A stretch of 64,000 bases of DNA from Vicugna vicugna (lineage: Eukaryota): contig MU058065.1 in the NCBI GenBank assembly GCA_013265495.1, positions 684,001 through 748,000 of the forward strand, read 5' to 3'. Position numbers and translations under genes: made by a program. The notes below the pieces were generated by a model. That model had not been told where the DNA came from. It did not search any database and saw nothing but the letters and a program-made list of their open reading frames with translations. Shown here piece by piece: positions 26,701 to 38,790 of this stretch (the stretch's first letter is position 1; each line of letters begins with the position of its first letter).

Positions 26701-27143
26701 GACCGATGAGGCGCTACATCCTTTGGGATGACTCCTCAACTGAAAGCCGATCAAACAGCACTCCAACTAGAATTACCAGTGACTCATGCACTTCAGAGAC
26801 ACCATGTTGTTGCTGTCATTTATAGCTCAATTAGCACCTTTTAAAACCACATCCTATTTTACTATATTTCTCATTGTCAGATGTTACTAATGAGAAAAGC
26901 CTACGCCACAAACAATTTCATTATTAAAAGAATTAAGGGGAATAAACTGAACACATTATCCTGGCTTCAGAAATTATAGTAGTAGAAGATGTTTCAAATA
27001 GAGACAGACTATATATAAATCATACAATATGAAATCTAGCCCAGACGATTCAAAAACAAGAGAAATGAATCAGTTAGTTCTTATCAGTAAGCATTAGAAG
27101 ACCCTAATAGACAGATTTATTTAAAAAAATGTAGATTAAAAAT

Positions 27144-27260
27144 ACTCTAACTTAAATTGAATAAGGAAAAAGTTTCCAGTATTATTATTATTAAAAAAAA
27201 CTCTAACTTAAATTGAATAAGGAAAAGCAAAGTTTCCAGTATTATTAATTTAAAAAAACT
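27144..27260. repeat. Tandem duplication, 2 x ~56-60 bp
   Basis: 'actctaacttaaattgaataaggaaaa(gcaa)agtttccagtattatta' occurs at 27144 and 27200. Confidence 0.92.
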
Positions 27261-27444
27261 AAATTTTTTTAAAACAGGAAAATAGGATGATCAAGCTTCT
27301 GTTTATACCTACATCTATCATCTTTCTATCTACATTTATGTCCATGTATTTTTTTTTTGATTCTAGGATAGCTATGGCTTTTTCTTTTCTTTCTCCACAT
27401 CTCTACCAGTATCTATTAGATAATTTATTTATTAAGTACTTTAT

Positions 27445-28295
27445 TGAAATGAATAGACTTTTTTATGAGCAGTTGTACGCTTATAGCAAAATCAAGCAGA
27501 AAGTAGACTTCTCGCATCCTCACTCCTCCTAACACGAACACTGTGAGTATTTTGGATTATGGCCATTCTAACAGGTGTGCGGTGGGACCTCGTTGCTTTA
27601 ATTTGCAATTCCCTGATGACATCTGATGCTGAGCATCTTTTCACAGGCTTATTTTGCTGTCTGTATAATGTCTTTTGTGAGGTGTCAGTTCAGATCATTT
27701 GCCTATTTTTGAATTGGGCTGTTTCCTTGTTGAGATCTGTGATACACAGGCCGTTAGTGACAGGGTGGTAAGGTGTGTGTTGAGGGGAACCAGCTGCTAG
27801 TCCTATGATTAGGTCTGTCTTTCGGGGGCCAGGCTGCCCCTGGACCATTTCTTCACAGGTGCTTTTTAATCTCCTTTCTCCATCTTTCCTTAGGTGAGGG
27901 GGCTGGAGTCAGGTCCTTTCTACTTCTCCAGGTCGGTTAGGCTCCGGTAAAATAGTTCTTCTTAGGAAAGGCCCCTTTTAAGAGGAACAGATTGCTCTGG
28001 GCATTTTTCAAAATGTCCTCTTTCCATTACTCCTGCTGGCAGTGAAAGGGGATTTTTCTCTGATCTCTGCTGTGAGAACCTGGTAGGATTCCTACAAGTA
28101 AAACCCACAAAAGCATGGGTCCCTGAAAGACGGGGCCTCTGTGAAATTTTCAACTCTCAGATTTGTCCGCGATGAGCTTCCAGAAGTCTGTCAGTTACAG
28201 CTCAGATTTCTCCACCCCAGGACTGGCTCCCACAAAGGCTTCTGCTCCTGGGTTTCTGCCCATGTTAAGTTGTGCCACTTGTCTCTCCAACTTTA
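27445..28295 (-). mobile_element. Juxtaposed old L1M pieces (3' end, ORF2 C-terminus, 5'-region-like segment)
   Basis: 'gagcagttgtacgcttatagcaaaatc' (3' end), 'ggccattctaacaggtgtgcggtgg...ttaatttgcaattccctgatgac' (ORF2), then a GC-richer segment resembling an L1M 5' region. Confidence 0.65.
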
Positions 28296-28519
28296 GAGGC
28301 TAGACCAGAAACTGAACATACCTGAAATATTTGTTTTTAGTGTTCGCACTTAGAAACTCAGCCTGGTCTTGCACTGGCCTTGTTCGGGGTTTCCTGCCCA
28401 GATTTGCTGTTTTCATTCTCTCACAAAGCCTTTTAAATCATGTAATTTTCTTGCTAGCAATAATTATTTTATTTCTTAAATTACTATAAAGTAGCAATTT
28501 CATAAAGAAGATTCTAAGT

Positions 28520-28638
28520 GGGGAGCGTACAGCTCAGTGGTAGAGTGCGTGCTTACCTGCACGAGGTCCTGGGTTCAAGTCCCAGTACCTCTATTAAAAA
28601 AATGTTTTTAATAAATAAATAAACTAATTACTTCCCCT
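28520..28638 (+). mobile_element. tRNA-derived SINE (camelid Vic-1-like)
   Basis: ggggagcgtacagctcagtggtagag (A box)...gggttcaagtccc (B box), AT-rich tail; exact 9-bp TSD aagattcta at 28508-28516 and 28639-28647. Confidence 0.9.
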
Positions 28639-30687
28639 AAGATTCTATTGGCATGTATTTTTGTCAATCAGAATCATTTAAATGTTTTAATAATAGCTAA
28701 GTGTCAGGGTATCTCAAGAGGAAACACTTTCTCTGACAGAGTTTTAAAATTTTCAGATTTTTATTCAATGTATCTATGCTGTAAATCCATCAGGGACATA
28801 GAAACTCTCATACTACACAGAAAACCACTAACTAGCCTAAATTAATGAATGCGTACGTTTACAATAAAACCCTAATCACCATGTAGTGAAAAATGAGCAT
28901 GTAAAAATGTATTCGTTTCCTGTTGAGTTATCATTGTCTTTATTTCTATAATTGATCACTTACATTGCTGTGGCTGTTAATCAAATTATATTTTAAAATA
29001 TATACGTTATTTGAATTAGTGGAAACTGAACTGCATAGATGATGACATAATTGAATGTCTAGTTTGCTTTTTTTTTAATAAAAACTCTTTAAGTTTCAGC
29101 AATCTTATTTTTTGTTTAATTGTAGTCTCTATGTCAGCACTCTCTCTTTAAACGGCGAGTTTTTCTCAGCTGGAATTTCACACCTCTACACTCATTATAT
29201 TCACCAGTGAGGATGATAAATACTATACAGAGCTCGGGGTTATTCCCTCACCTGGTTTGTCTTTCCATTTGTAATCAAAAAGAAATAATGATAAGTTTAC
29301 CTAAAATGTACTAAGTAAAAAACCCTACTAATTAGTTGATCGTGAATAAGGCAAAAAAAAAAAAAGTTCTTTCTCTGTCCCTTGCCCCCTATTTATGTCA
29401 GTAATAATCCACTTTTAAACATTTGATGAGGAGAAAAGCACCTTTTATATAAATGGCTTCTTTACAAAGCATTTTTCTTAGAATGCTTGCAAAATGTCAT
29501 GTGTGTATTTAATCACTGCCGTTTTTAAAAGTTGCTATACGTAAGGCTAGAGCATACGACACTCCAGAGGTACTTCAAATGGATTTCCAAGTTAGTTCTA
29601 AATATTTAAAACAGATATTTTAAACGTTGATGATACAATCCTTCAACGTCTGCCTCTCATTAATTGTCATGTGGAATAGATTAGCCAAAAGCTGAATATC
29701 TGGAACTACTAAAATTGCAGAAATGTAAACACAGTATCGTAAGAGGAAATCGCCTGCCTTCTCATAAAAATGTCCTTGAGAATCAATGGAATTGCCCTCA
29801 GTTGAAAACAAATCGTCCTAGCATTAATGCGGATCTACGTTTTTGCAATTTAATGAGTAGCCAATAGCTGTGACTTTATTATTGGTAAAAAGTTGGGCTA
29901 CCCTTTTGTGTTTGTGTGGGTATGTCTGTGTAAGATCAACACCTATGAGACTTATAACCAGTGAAGAAACTCAGAGATGTTGAAGATGTAGTTTGTATCG
30001 TAGAGTTTTGCCGTGGAGGGCAGAACTGAACTATTAATCCTGAATATAACCGTCGTGCGCAAATCGCTTCAGTCTGTGGGAATTCAAAGGGCTCACTTTA
30101 AAAGAAAACTTGATTGTTGGAGCAAACAAATAGGTCTTTATATTGAGACAGACTTAACCGAAGGCATTCAGCCCTGCTAACCTTAAGTCATGTGGGTCAG
30201 CACTGTATAAATTGCAGGCCAAATCTCCCCAGGAGCTATGCTTTGGCCTTCCAGAAAAACAAAACAAAATTACTCCGTCCACCTTGCTGATGGCACTTTG
30301 TGTCAGCCTGACCCGTACATGCCAGGCACTCAATGGTCCAGAAAGGTGACTCCAAAGTCCCCTTTGCTCCTCTGTTACGATGCCAATTACCTGGTTTCTC
30401 TAGTCCTGCTGTGTTTATGTCTGAACTGCTCCTGTGCCCATCTCATCTTGGATTCTTTGATAATAAAAGCAATCAGAATGGATGTCTTCCTTAATGCTCA
30501 CTATACACCAGTCTCCTAATTGTTTTATATATGTTAGCTGTTTTAGTCTTCATGGCAACCCTATGAGGCAGGTACTGCTATTTTCACTCTTTTGAGGGTG
30601 AGCAGTTCCCTGAGCTAGATTATATTATTATCCCCATTATACAAATGTAGGTCCTATTAGTGTCTCCATTTTCCAGATGAGCAACCT

Positions 30688-31113
30688 TGTTGGGCTGCGC
30701 TCTGCAGTCCTGCAATCCTTGTAAGAGCCCAGCTGCAAGACCAAAGAAAGAGCCCAAAACAGTGACAGAGACAGCAATGGTTACTTGGATAGGGGACCTT
30801 ACAAGTCTGAAGCAAAAGGTCCTAGAGTGACAGCCCACCATGTGCAGCAGACTGCAGGCAGGACACAGCAGCAACATTTGCCACCTGGAGGAAAAGGAGG
30901 CCACCATTTATAGAGGGAGCCATTGTCAGGTTGGCTGATCGGTTACCAGGGAAACCAGTGGCTGGGGCAGGGGGGAAAACACACAGGCGGTTACCGATTA
31001 AGCCCTATGATTAAGAGGATCGGATAGTTGCATGAGTCAAACAGGGCCTGATCAAGCAGGAGACAGATGTACAGAGAGCAAGAGAGCCGCCATCTTGAGT
31101 GGCCAGACCGTAC
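30688..31113. mobile_element. Solo LTR-like insertion splitting a MIR
   Basis: GC-richer block tg...gtaca lying between MIR halves 'ccattttccagatgagcaacct' and 'acagaggagttaac...cacacaggctggtaagtg...gcttgaacccag'; family not recognised. Confidence 0.6.
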
Positions 31114-32159
31114 AGTATTTTGTACAGAGGAGTTAACATTCACAAACTCACACAGGCTGGTAAGTGATGAAAGTAGGGCTTGAACCCAGCCATGCTGTTC
31201 CCTGAGTCCCTGCTCTTAACATCTTCACTGTGTAGCCTTCATCTTGCTGCTGGCTCTTGGAAGTTGTTGATTCATGATCTCCATGGGTTTGAAGTTCAGC
31301 TTCTCTAATGGACTTAGCGTTCTTTTCCTATTTGAAATCCAATAAAAACCATCCTTTTGAAAAACACCTGTCTCTTTCACTTCGTTGATGCAGTTGATTA
31401 TCAGTGTGTATGAATGTGTGTGTTTGTGTGTTCCTGTGTATGTGTACACGCACACGCACGCTGTGCACATGAGTGAGGTTGGAGGGGGTGTGTGATCGCA
31501 GAAAGCTACCTCTCAACAAACACCAAGAAGCCTAATAAACAGCAGTTTAAGAGTGCCACAGGGTGTCCAAGCTTTCCCAGTCCAGACTCAGGCACAACAA
31601 GCCCTTAAATGTCGCCTTGATGATTTTTCCTCTCAAAGCAAATGAAGTTGCTGATTTCACCACACACTTGCACGGACCACCTGATGTATCCACAGTCAAG
31701 GATTAAACACAAACTCTGGGGGAAAGTTCTGTCCCAGTGGGAAAATTATTTAAGGCTCTATGAGCAGTTAGATAAAATGTGTAGAAAGACAATTTGGATA
31801 CTGTTATCCAACTTCAAAATTTGCATTGTTTTATATGGTTTCAATTTTCAGTTTTACTCGCAGTTCATCACCCAGAAAGAGACCTGCACATTCAAACCTT
31901 GATAAGCACAATAGCAAAAACAAAACACTTGGAAAACCTGTACCCACAAGCTATAGCATACTGTCTCTGTCATACTGATTTCTTTCCTTCTGCTTGGGTG
32001 AAAATTCAGTAAAAGAAGCCAGATGATGATGTTTTAGATAATCTAGAATAATTAAAATGTGATGGCTTGCTGGCATTTACAAAGTGTTTTAAAGACGATT
32101 CAAAGCTGAAGTACGTATGTACAGAGAAGTATGGCTTAGTATTTGAATAAAATAGTTCC

Positions 32160-32375
32160 ATTATGATTAACTTATATCAGACACTTAGTATCTTCTGGGT
32201 ACTAACTCCTTTATATTTCTTAACTGATGTAATTTGTACAGCAAGCCTGTGAGAAAGATTTGATTGGCCCCATGTTAAAGAAGAGACATCACGGGCACCG
32301 TGCTCTGCCAGGAGGTCAGAGAGTCAGGATTCAAACTTGAGCATGACAGCTCAGAGTCCATGCTCTTAATACTGT
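32160..32375 (-). mobile_element. MIR
   Basis: 'ggccccatgttaaagaagag...gtcaggattcaaacttgagc...cagagtccatgctcttaa'. Confidence 0.6.
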
Positions 32376-34493
32376 AGCTCTAGTTTCCTCTTCAGAAAAC
32401 TTCAAACACTGATGCTGGAGGACAGACTTATTCCCCATTCTGTGTTTCCATGAAGGGGAGGAACTATGAAAGTTTGGGGGAAGAACATCCAGTTTATCTG
32501 TGCCTTCATGCCCCTTGTCTGGGGCTGGAGGAATAACTTCCAGACCACAGGAAAGCATTATTGTAGAATTGTAGCTAACTCCAAGCCAGCCTGGGCTCTC
32601 TTTTCTTGTCCTGTTGTTTTTAGTTAATAGTTACAGGGTCCTTAAGTTTTTATCGGGTAAATGTCCACTGTATATTTCCTAAGGTCTGGAATCATCTCAA
32701 ACTCTCTGAATGGCTGCCTTGAAGCTTATGTCTTGTAATGAGGGACAAAGAGCTTGGATGGAGAATAAACCACAGCACTCCACTAACTTCCCAAGACTTT
32801 CCCTAAAAAAAAAAAAAGACAAAAACAAAAACAAAAAAACAACTCTTTTGACCATCACAATCATGGTCATCTTAAATATCTGATAGGGGTGATACCCTGT
32901 GCATTTGATATTCTCACTGTTTCTCAGCCATCTGCTTTAAATGACTTACAAGGATGCCTGTCTTATCACTTCCTTTTTGTTGATGAAAACATTCCAGTTA
33001 ACATCCAGTTTCATGAGCTTGTTCTACTCGAGGGCAGAAAAATATAAGAAGAGAAAGAAGGAATAGTTTTTCCTTAGGAGCATCCACGGGCAATATAGGC
33101 AAATATGATTTATTTTTTTCTTTATCCCAATGGAGGAGAGAATAGATGTGAAGAAAGAAGATGGTAGCTTCCTTAGCACTCGGGGCTGAACGTCCCTCCT
33201 AGGGAGGAAGATGCAGAGAGAAAAGGGCACCAAGCAGCCCGATGGACTATGGACTGGAGGTGTCCTGTCTCATAGCCATTGCTCTGCTTTCTTGCTAATA
33301 AGTCTGATTCTGATGGTGGCAGCAATAAGCTCAGTTTAGGAAAAAAAAAATTGTAACTGCATTTCTTTGATTTATTTGCATACAGGGTGGGCAGTGAACT
33401 CTAAGTGGTACTTGTTGACCAGGGTATTGGAGAAAATCTCTTGAGAGAGGAGCCCACTTAGCTATTGGCGCTTCACTCTGCCTTTCTTCCAGCCTAGACG
33501 AGTCCTAACTTGTCACGAGCTGGGGCCACCACCTTGCAACAATGATTTAACAACCAAAAGGATCACAGAGACCTCAGAGATGTTCCTGAGCCTTGAGCAC
33601 TTACTTCTAGACTTCATGCTACAGGAGAAAACTGTAAACTCTCTCATTTGCTTAAGTCCGTGTTTTTAGATCTCTATTACAGCCAGATTTGATCCTTAAA
33701 TTATATATTAGCCATGGGATTTTTGGGCAGGTTCAGTAATCCTTCTGAAGACCTCAGTTTCCTTATTTGTAGAGATCTTACCAGTACCATCTTAGAAATA
33801 TCTTAGCAATTAAAAGGTATCATGCATAGAGAATACTTAGTACAGCTCCTTGTGTGGTAAGTGGTGGATAAATGTAAGTTGTCATTACTTATCTTCATAC
33901 AAATATGAACATTTCTTAAATCAAATCTAGACTCTAAATCAGGAAAATATAGGCTGTGACTAAAAGAAGAAATCCCTGCAGCCACCTTTGACTTTCCTTT
34001 AATAAACTGATTTCTAAAATATGGAAGAAATGAAGATGTGTCCAGGTAATAAACGCTGAAATCAGCCAAATCCATGTTAGATAATTCTGTACAACAGGAG
34101 TTGGTTATTTAGATGAAAGAGGCTCATGGCTTAACTTTAAAAAATTACAGGGATTATTTGAATGCATTCTAATTCGAGGGGATTTTTGTCATTTTTATAT
34201 TTATTTTTGTGATTGCAGATGTGAAGCTCCAAAATTTTATTTATAACTAGAATTTTCACCTTCCAACAAATGTACAGCTCAACACATGGTAACTGTCTTG
34301 GTTATGGCCACATAAATTAATATATGTGCATGTGTATGCATGTGTGTCCATGAATATATGTCTATGAAATTTTAGTCTGAAATGAGGTCACTTGTCTATT
34401 GAAAATTAACATCTTGTGAAAAAAGGACTCAAATGCCAGGGAAGACAATGACTTTTTATTAACTCTTCATGGTCAGATTTGACTATTTCTTTT

Positions 34494-34525
<32 letters not shown>

Positions 34526-34528
34526 ATA

Positions 34529-34836
34529 TTTTTTTATTGAAGTATAGTCAGTTTACAATGTTGTGTCAATTTCTGGGGTACAGCATATTGCTTCAGTCAT
34601 ACATGAACATACATATACTCATTTTCAAATTCTTTTTCACTGTAAGTTACTACAAGATATCAAATATAGTCCCCTGGGCTATACAGTATGAACTTGTTGT
34701 TTATTTATTCCATATATATCAGTTAGTATCTGCAAATCTCTAACTCCCAATTTATCCCCTCCCACCCCTCTGCTCCCCTGGTAACCACAAGTTTGTTCTC
34801 TATGTTTGAGAGTTGTTTCTGTTTTGCAAATAAGTT
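34529..34836 (-). mobile_element. LINE-1 3' terminal segment (non-inverted part of a 5'-inverted insertion)
   Basis: ttttttattgaagtatagtcagtttacaatg...tggtaaccacaagtttgttctc...ttttgcaaataagtt; preceded by a (TA)n tract. Confidence 0.93.
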
Positions 34837-35305
34837 CCAATCAGAGTGGCCATCATTCAGAAATCCACAAAGGATAAATGCTGGAAAGATGTGTAGAAAA
34901 GGGAACCCTCCTACACTGTTGATGGAAATGTACTTTGGTGCAGCTGTTATGGAAAACAGTATGGAGATTCCTCAAAAAACTAAAAATAGACTTACCATAT
35001 GATCCAACAATCCCAACAGAGAGAACTTTAATTCAAAGAGACATATACACCCCAATGTTCATAGCAGCACTATTTACAATAGCTGAGACATGGAAGCAAT
35101 CTAATGTCCATCGATAGATGACTGGATAAAGAAGCTGTGGTATATTTATACAATGGAATACTACTCAACCATAAAAAATAAAATAATGCCATTTGCAGAA
35201 ACATAGATGGACCTGGAGATTGTCATCCTAAGCGAAATAAGCCAGAAAGAGAAAGAAAAATACCATATGATGTCACTTATATGTGGAATCTCAATAAAAG
35301 GACAA
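34837..35305 (+). mobile_element. LINE-1 ORF2 end / 3' UTR start (inverted part of the same insertion)
   Basis: Encodes [22 protein letters not shown]...TPMFIAALFTIA; ends at 'atgtggaatctcaataaaaggacaa'. Confidence 0.93.
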
Positions 35306-35802
35306 GCAATTTTATGTTTTTTAAATTTTCCCTAAATCTTTGTCTGGTTTCAAATTTCCCCTGGAGTTTACCATAGGAAATTCGGATCCAAGATGTTTCT
35401 ATTGTATGTAATCTTGGAATCAAAAGCTTTTTAAGACTTATTTCTACAGACCCCTCTCTTCCTAAGTACTGCCTTTCTCACTGATTGACCTGGCATCTCC
35501 CTAGGCAACTGCTGTCTCTAGTTGGAAAAGGTTACACTTGCTGCCAAGAACTCATGAACATTCCCATAAGGTCTTCATTTTCACTTTTAGGCCAACTAAA
35601 GATATGTATGTGGATACCTGATTCTTCTATAGCACACCCACAGAAAAGATTATAACTCAGTTACTAAATATTTTAACAATGTAGCACGCAAGTTCTTTTA
35701 TAATGGAATTTGAATTTTCCATTTCGTGCCTAAGGTACCATAAAAAGAATCATAGTGTCTGATTCTCGAGACTCTGACTAGGTTTATGAAGATGGTCTGT
35801 GG

Positions 35803-35966
35803 CAGGACCCACTTCATGGTCATGCAACCTACCTGGTCACATCGGGCCCCGCACTGGGCTTGCTAATCCTCTGCTGGCACCAACTTAAAATTCTTAATAA
35901 TTTTTGAACAAGGAGCTTAGCATTCTCATTTTGCACCAGGCCCTGCAAATTATGTAGTTGATTCTG
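35803..35966 (+). mobile_element. MER91A-like hAT-Tip100 MITE
   Basis: cagg...cttcatgg...gggccccgc...aaattcttaataatttttgaacaagg...cattttgcaccaggccctgcaaattatgtag...ctg. Confidence 0.8.
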
Positions 35967-37384
35967 GGCTCAGTATTTGACTGCTTCTATTCGGTTGGAA
36001 CAATTATTCCTGGTACAAGTTGACTTTCCAGAAGTGAAACCTTTTGGGAGCAATGTTTCCCAATGGACTTGGCTCTTGATTTCAAGAATCCAATACTACA
36101 TTAACAAAGAAGTCCCTAGGATTTGGGATTTAGACCAATATTTTATAATTGACTTTGCCTTTTACAGTAAAGATAAAGTTTGTGCATCTTTGTATCATTC
36201 AAAAGTACCACATTTGTAGAAACACTTGATTTTATACACTCTCAATCTATGTAAACCATATTTCTCATCTTCTACACATTTCAGAGTTGCGATTAAGTGC
36301 AACTCAGATCTTAACATATAGCAATGTAATCAGTGTTTCAAAAAAGATAACAGAAAAATTTTTCATGTGGTTTAAGTAAATCTCTTTGATTCAGACTTTA
36401 AATACATTGTGAAAACTGAGATTAAATTTGGATCCTATACGTTTATGTATTCTTGGATTACTTTAAGTGGGACATTATATTTGAAAGGTGAAAAGGGCTG
36501 AAGTGTTGAAAATTACATCTTTTCTTTTGCCTGCATACAGAGAGCTAGTATACAATTGTTAGCTATTGAGATCAATAATAAGGTTCTATTTTCTTTCAAC
36601 TGGTTCCTGAGATACGTTTGTTTCTTGGGAAATATGTGGTATAAGTCAATATCACTAATACAGTGCAAGCCCAGAGTGGCTTTGAGTTTCCAATATTCTA
36701 AAGCATTCTAAAGGATTGACACAAATTAGTTTCGATGGATTTATATATTTTTTTTGTTTCAGTAAATAGTGATTGATGTGAAAGAGCAGTCAAGATAATG
36801 TCAGTTATTTAAAATGACTACATTTATTCCCAGATCCTTCCAGTGAAACACACTACAACATGTAAAAGAAGGGAACTATAAGTAATGCTTTAACATAATG
36901 TACTATATGGTGCTTTCAAGAGTAAGTGCTTTATTTTACCCCAATAAGATGCTTATCTGCCTTTTGTCTGTTTTTACATAAAATTTTTAACTTCTTGAAG
37001 CTCTAATTTCTATTCTCTATCAACTGCATGTTAGTTTCTCCCATACGTGACAATATTTCATTTGTGTTCTTTCTCATTCTTTTTTTTCCTTTTTCCTCTG
37101 CCTCCAGTGAATTTCACCCTTTTAGCTAATTCATTTCCTGACAACTTTCCACACTCCCAAATTAATAATTCGTGCTCTCCCAGAAGGGAGATAAAAGGCA
37201 GATGTGTTTCATCCTTAGACCACAATTCCCTTCGTTTTCTGTTTAGGAGCTTCCTATTAGCGGGCACTTACAGTTGGTGTCAAACATTCCAAACAGCAAC
37301 GTCCCTACATTAAGCGGAATTTCATTATCTTATTCTGTGTGATCTCTAACTGACCTTTCTGACATGCTCACTCTTGAAAAAGCG

Positions 37385-37522
37385 TTCCTTCTTTGAGTCA
37401 CAAAGCCTTTCGAGAATCTGATGCAAGTAGGTCTTCCTCCTCACTTACAAGTACTACATTCAATTTCAGGAGGTTCACAGGCCCCTGAGGCCTCTTCATG
37501 AACCAAGTATTACGAACACCTG
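37385..37522. mobile_element. hAT-Charlie-type MITE fragment
   Basis: 'gagaatctgatg...caatttcaggaggttcacaggcccctga...gaacacctg'. Confidence 0.55.
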
Positions 37523-37974
37523 CTTTCATTTACCAATTTCTCTATTTTACAGGTATTGCACTGTGCATAGTTTTTCTAGAATTATTCCCTTTTTGCCACC
37601 ACCCTTCACTCTCCACTCCACCACCTTATTTTTTGCATCCTTGTTTTAAGAACACCCCTTTCAACCAGTGATGTTTCTGTTCAAAATGTCTGAATCTGTC
37701 TGAAGCATCCCAGTGATGCAACCACTGTGTAAAAACATTGCCTCTTTCATTTTCAAGTTCCATTTTTGTTATGTTACCCAAAAGTCCTTTAATTCCAAGC
37801 ATACTTTTGTCCTATTGACTTACTGAAACGAAACAGATAAACCCCCATTCATCCAAGATGAGGTTGAGTACCTTGCATATGCTGATTGAGTATCTTGTAT
37901 ATTACCTTGCATCATAAAGTGTGTAAAACTCAACCTGAAAGGGTTTACCTTTCATAATTATATTAATACTAATG

Positions 37975-38230
37975 ATAATATTGATATTGTTAATAACTAA
38001 TGTTAACTGAATATATTTTTCCGAGAACTATGCAAATCCTGTTTTTATTACCTTTCATCCTTTTTTTTTCTTTTTTCTTCACTTTCCTTCTCCTCTTCCT
38101 TGTCTTTTCTTAGCAGATAAGATAAAATAACTTAAAAGAGGTTAGATAAAACTTACTCAAGGTCACTACTAGAAAACGAATGGCAAATGGCTTCAAATAC
38201 GGATGCCAGGGACTTCAGAGGCACTTCTGA
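37975..38230 (-). mobile_element. Degraded MIR
   Basis: 'agaggttagataaacttactcaaggtcactactag...ggcttcaaatac'. Confidence 0.55.
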
Positions 38231-38439
38231 TGCTTTCACGTATCTTGGACACTCTCTACCTCTCATTGACAATAGTAGTAGAAATATCTTAGGTTGTGTG
38301 AATGTACCCAACCATCCGTCCATCTGGCAGACACATATAATTCATACAGGGTAGAAGACAGAAAATTCATAAGAAGTTTTGTGGGAATTAGGGGAAGCCA
38401 GGAACTACGTGCACTTTTCTTCATGGCAGAATGGCATTT

Positions 38440-38790
38440 GAAACATCTCATGAGTGATGCCTGAGACTAAAGAGGAAATTGCAGGGAGCAGCTGTGAAGG
38501 CTGAGGGCCCTGAAGAAGTGTAGGCACCAGGAACGACTGGCAGTTCAACTTGGCTAGAGTAGAACATGTGGAAAGCAGAATTAGGAGAGAAAATAAATGT
38601 TGGAAAGGGTTCTAGGCCAGATACCAGAGAACTTGGAATTCCAGGAAGAGGGGTATGAACTTATTTTAGCAGGAGTGAATGATGGGAGGTTTGAAACAGA
38701 AAAAGGTCATGATCAGAACTGTGTTTTTAGAAGATGGCTCTGGCTGACTGCGAGCAGAAGACTCACAAACATGGAGATGGAGGTAATGTA
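38440..38790 (-). mobile_element. Degraded L2 fragment
   Basis: 'gaaggctgagggccctgaag...ggtcatgatcagaactgtgtttttagaagatggctctggctg'. Confidence 0.65.

Noticed and set aside
28520..28592. tRNA gene (also 44977-45057)
   Set aside because: Degenerate stems, AT-rich tail and target-site duplications show these are SINEs
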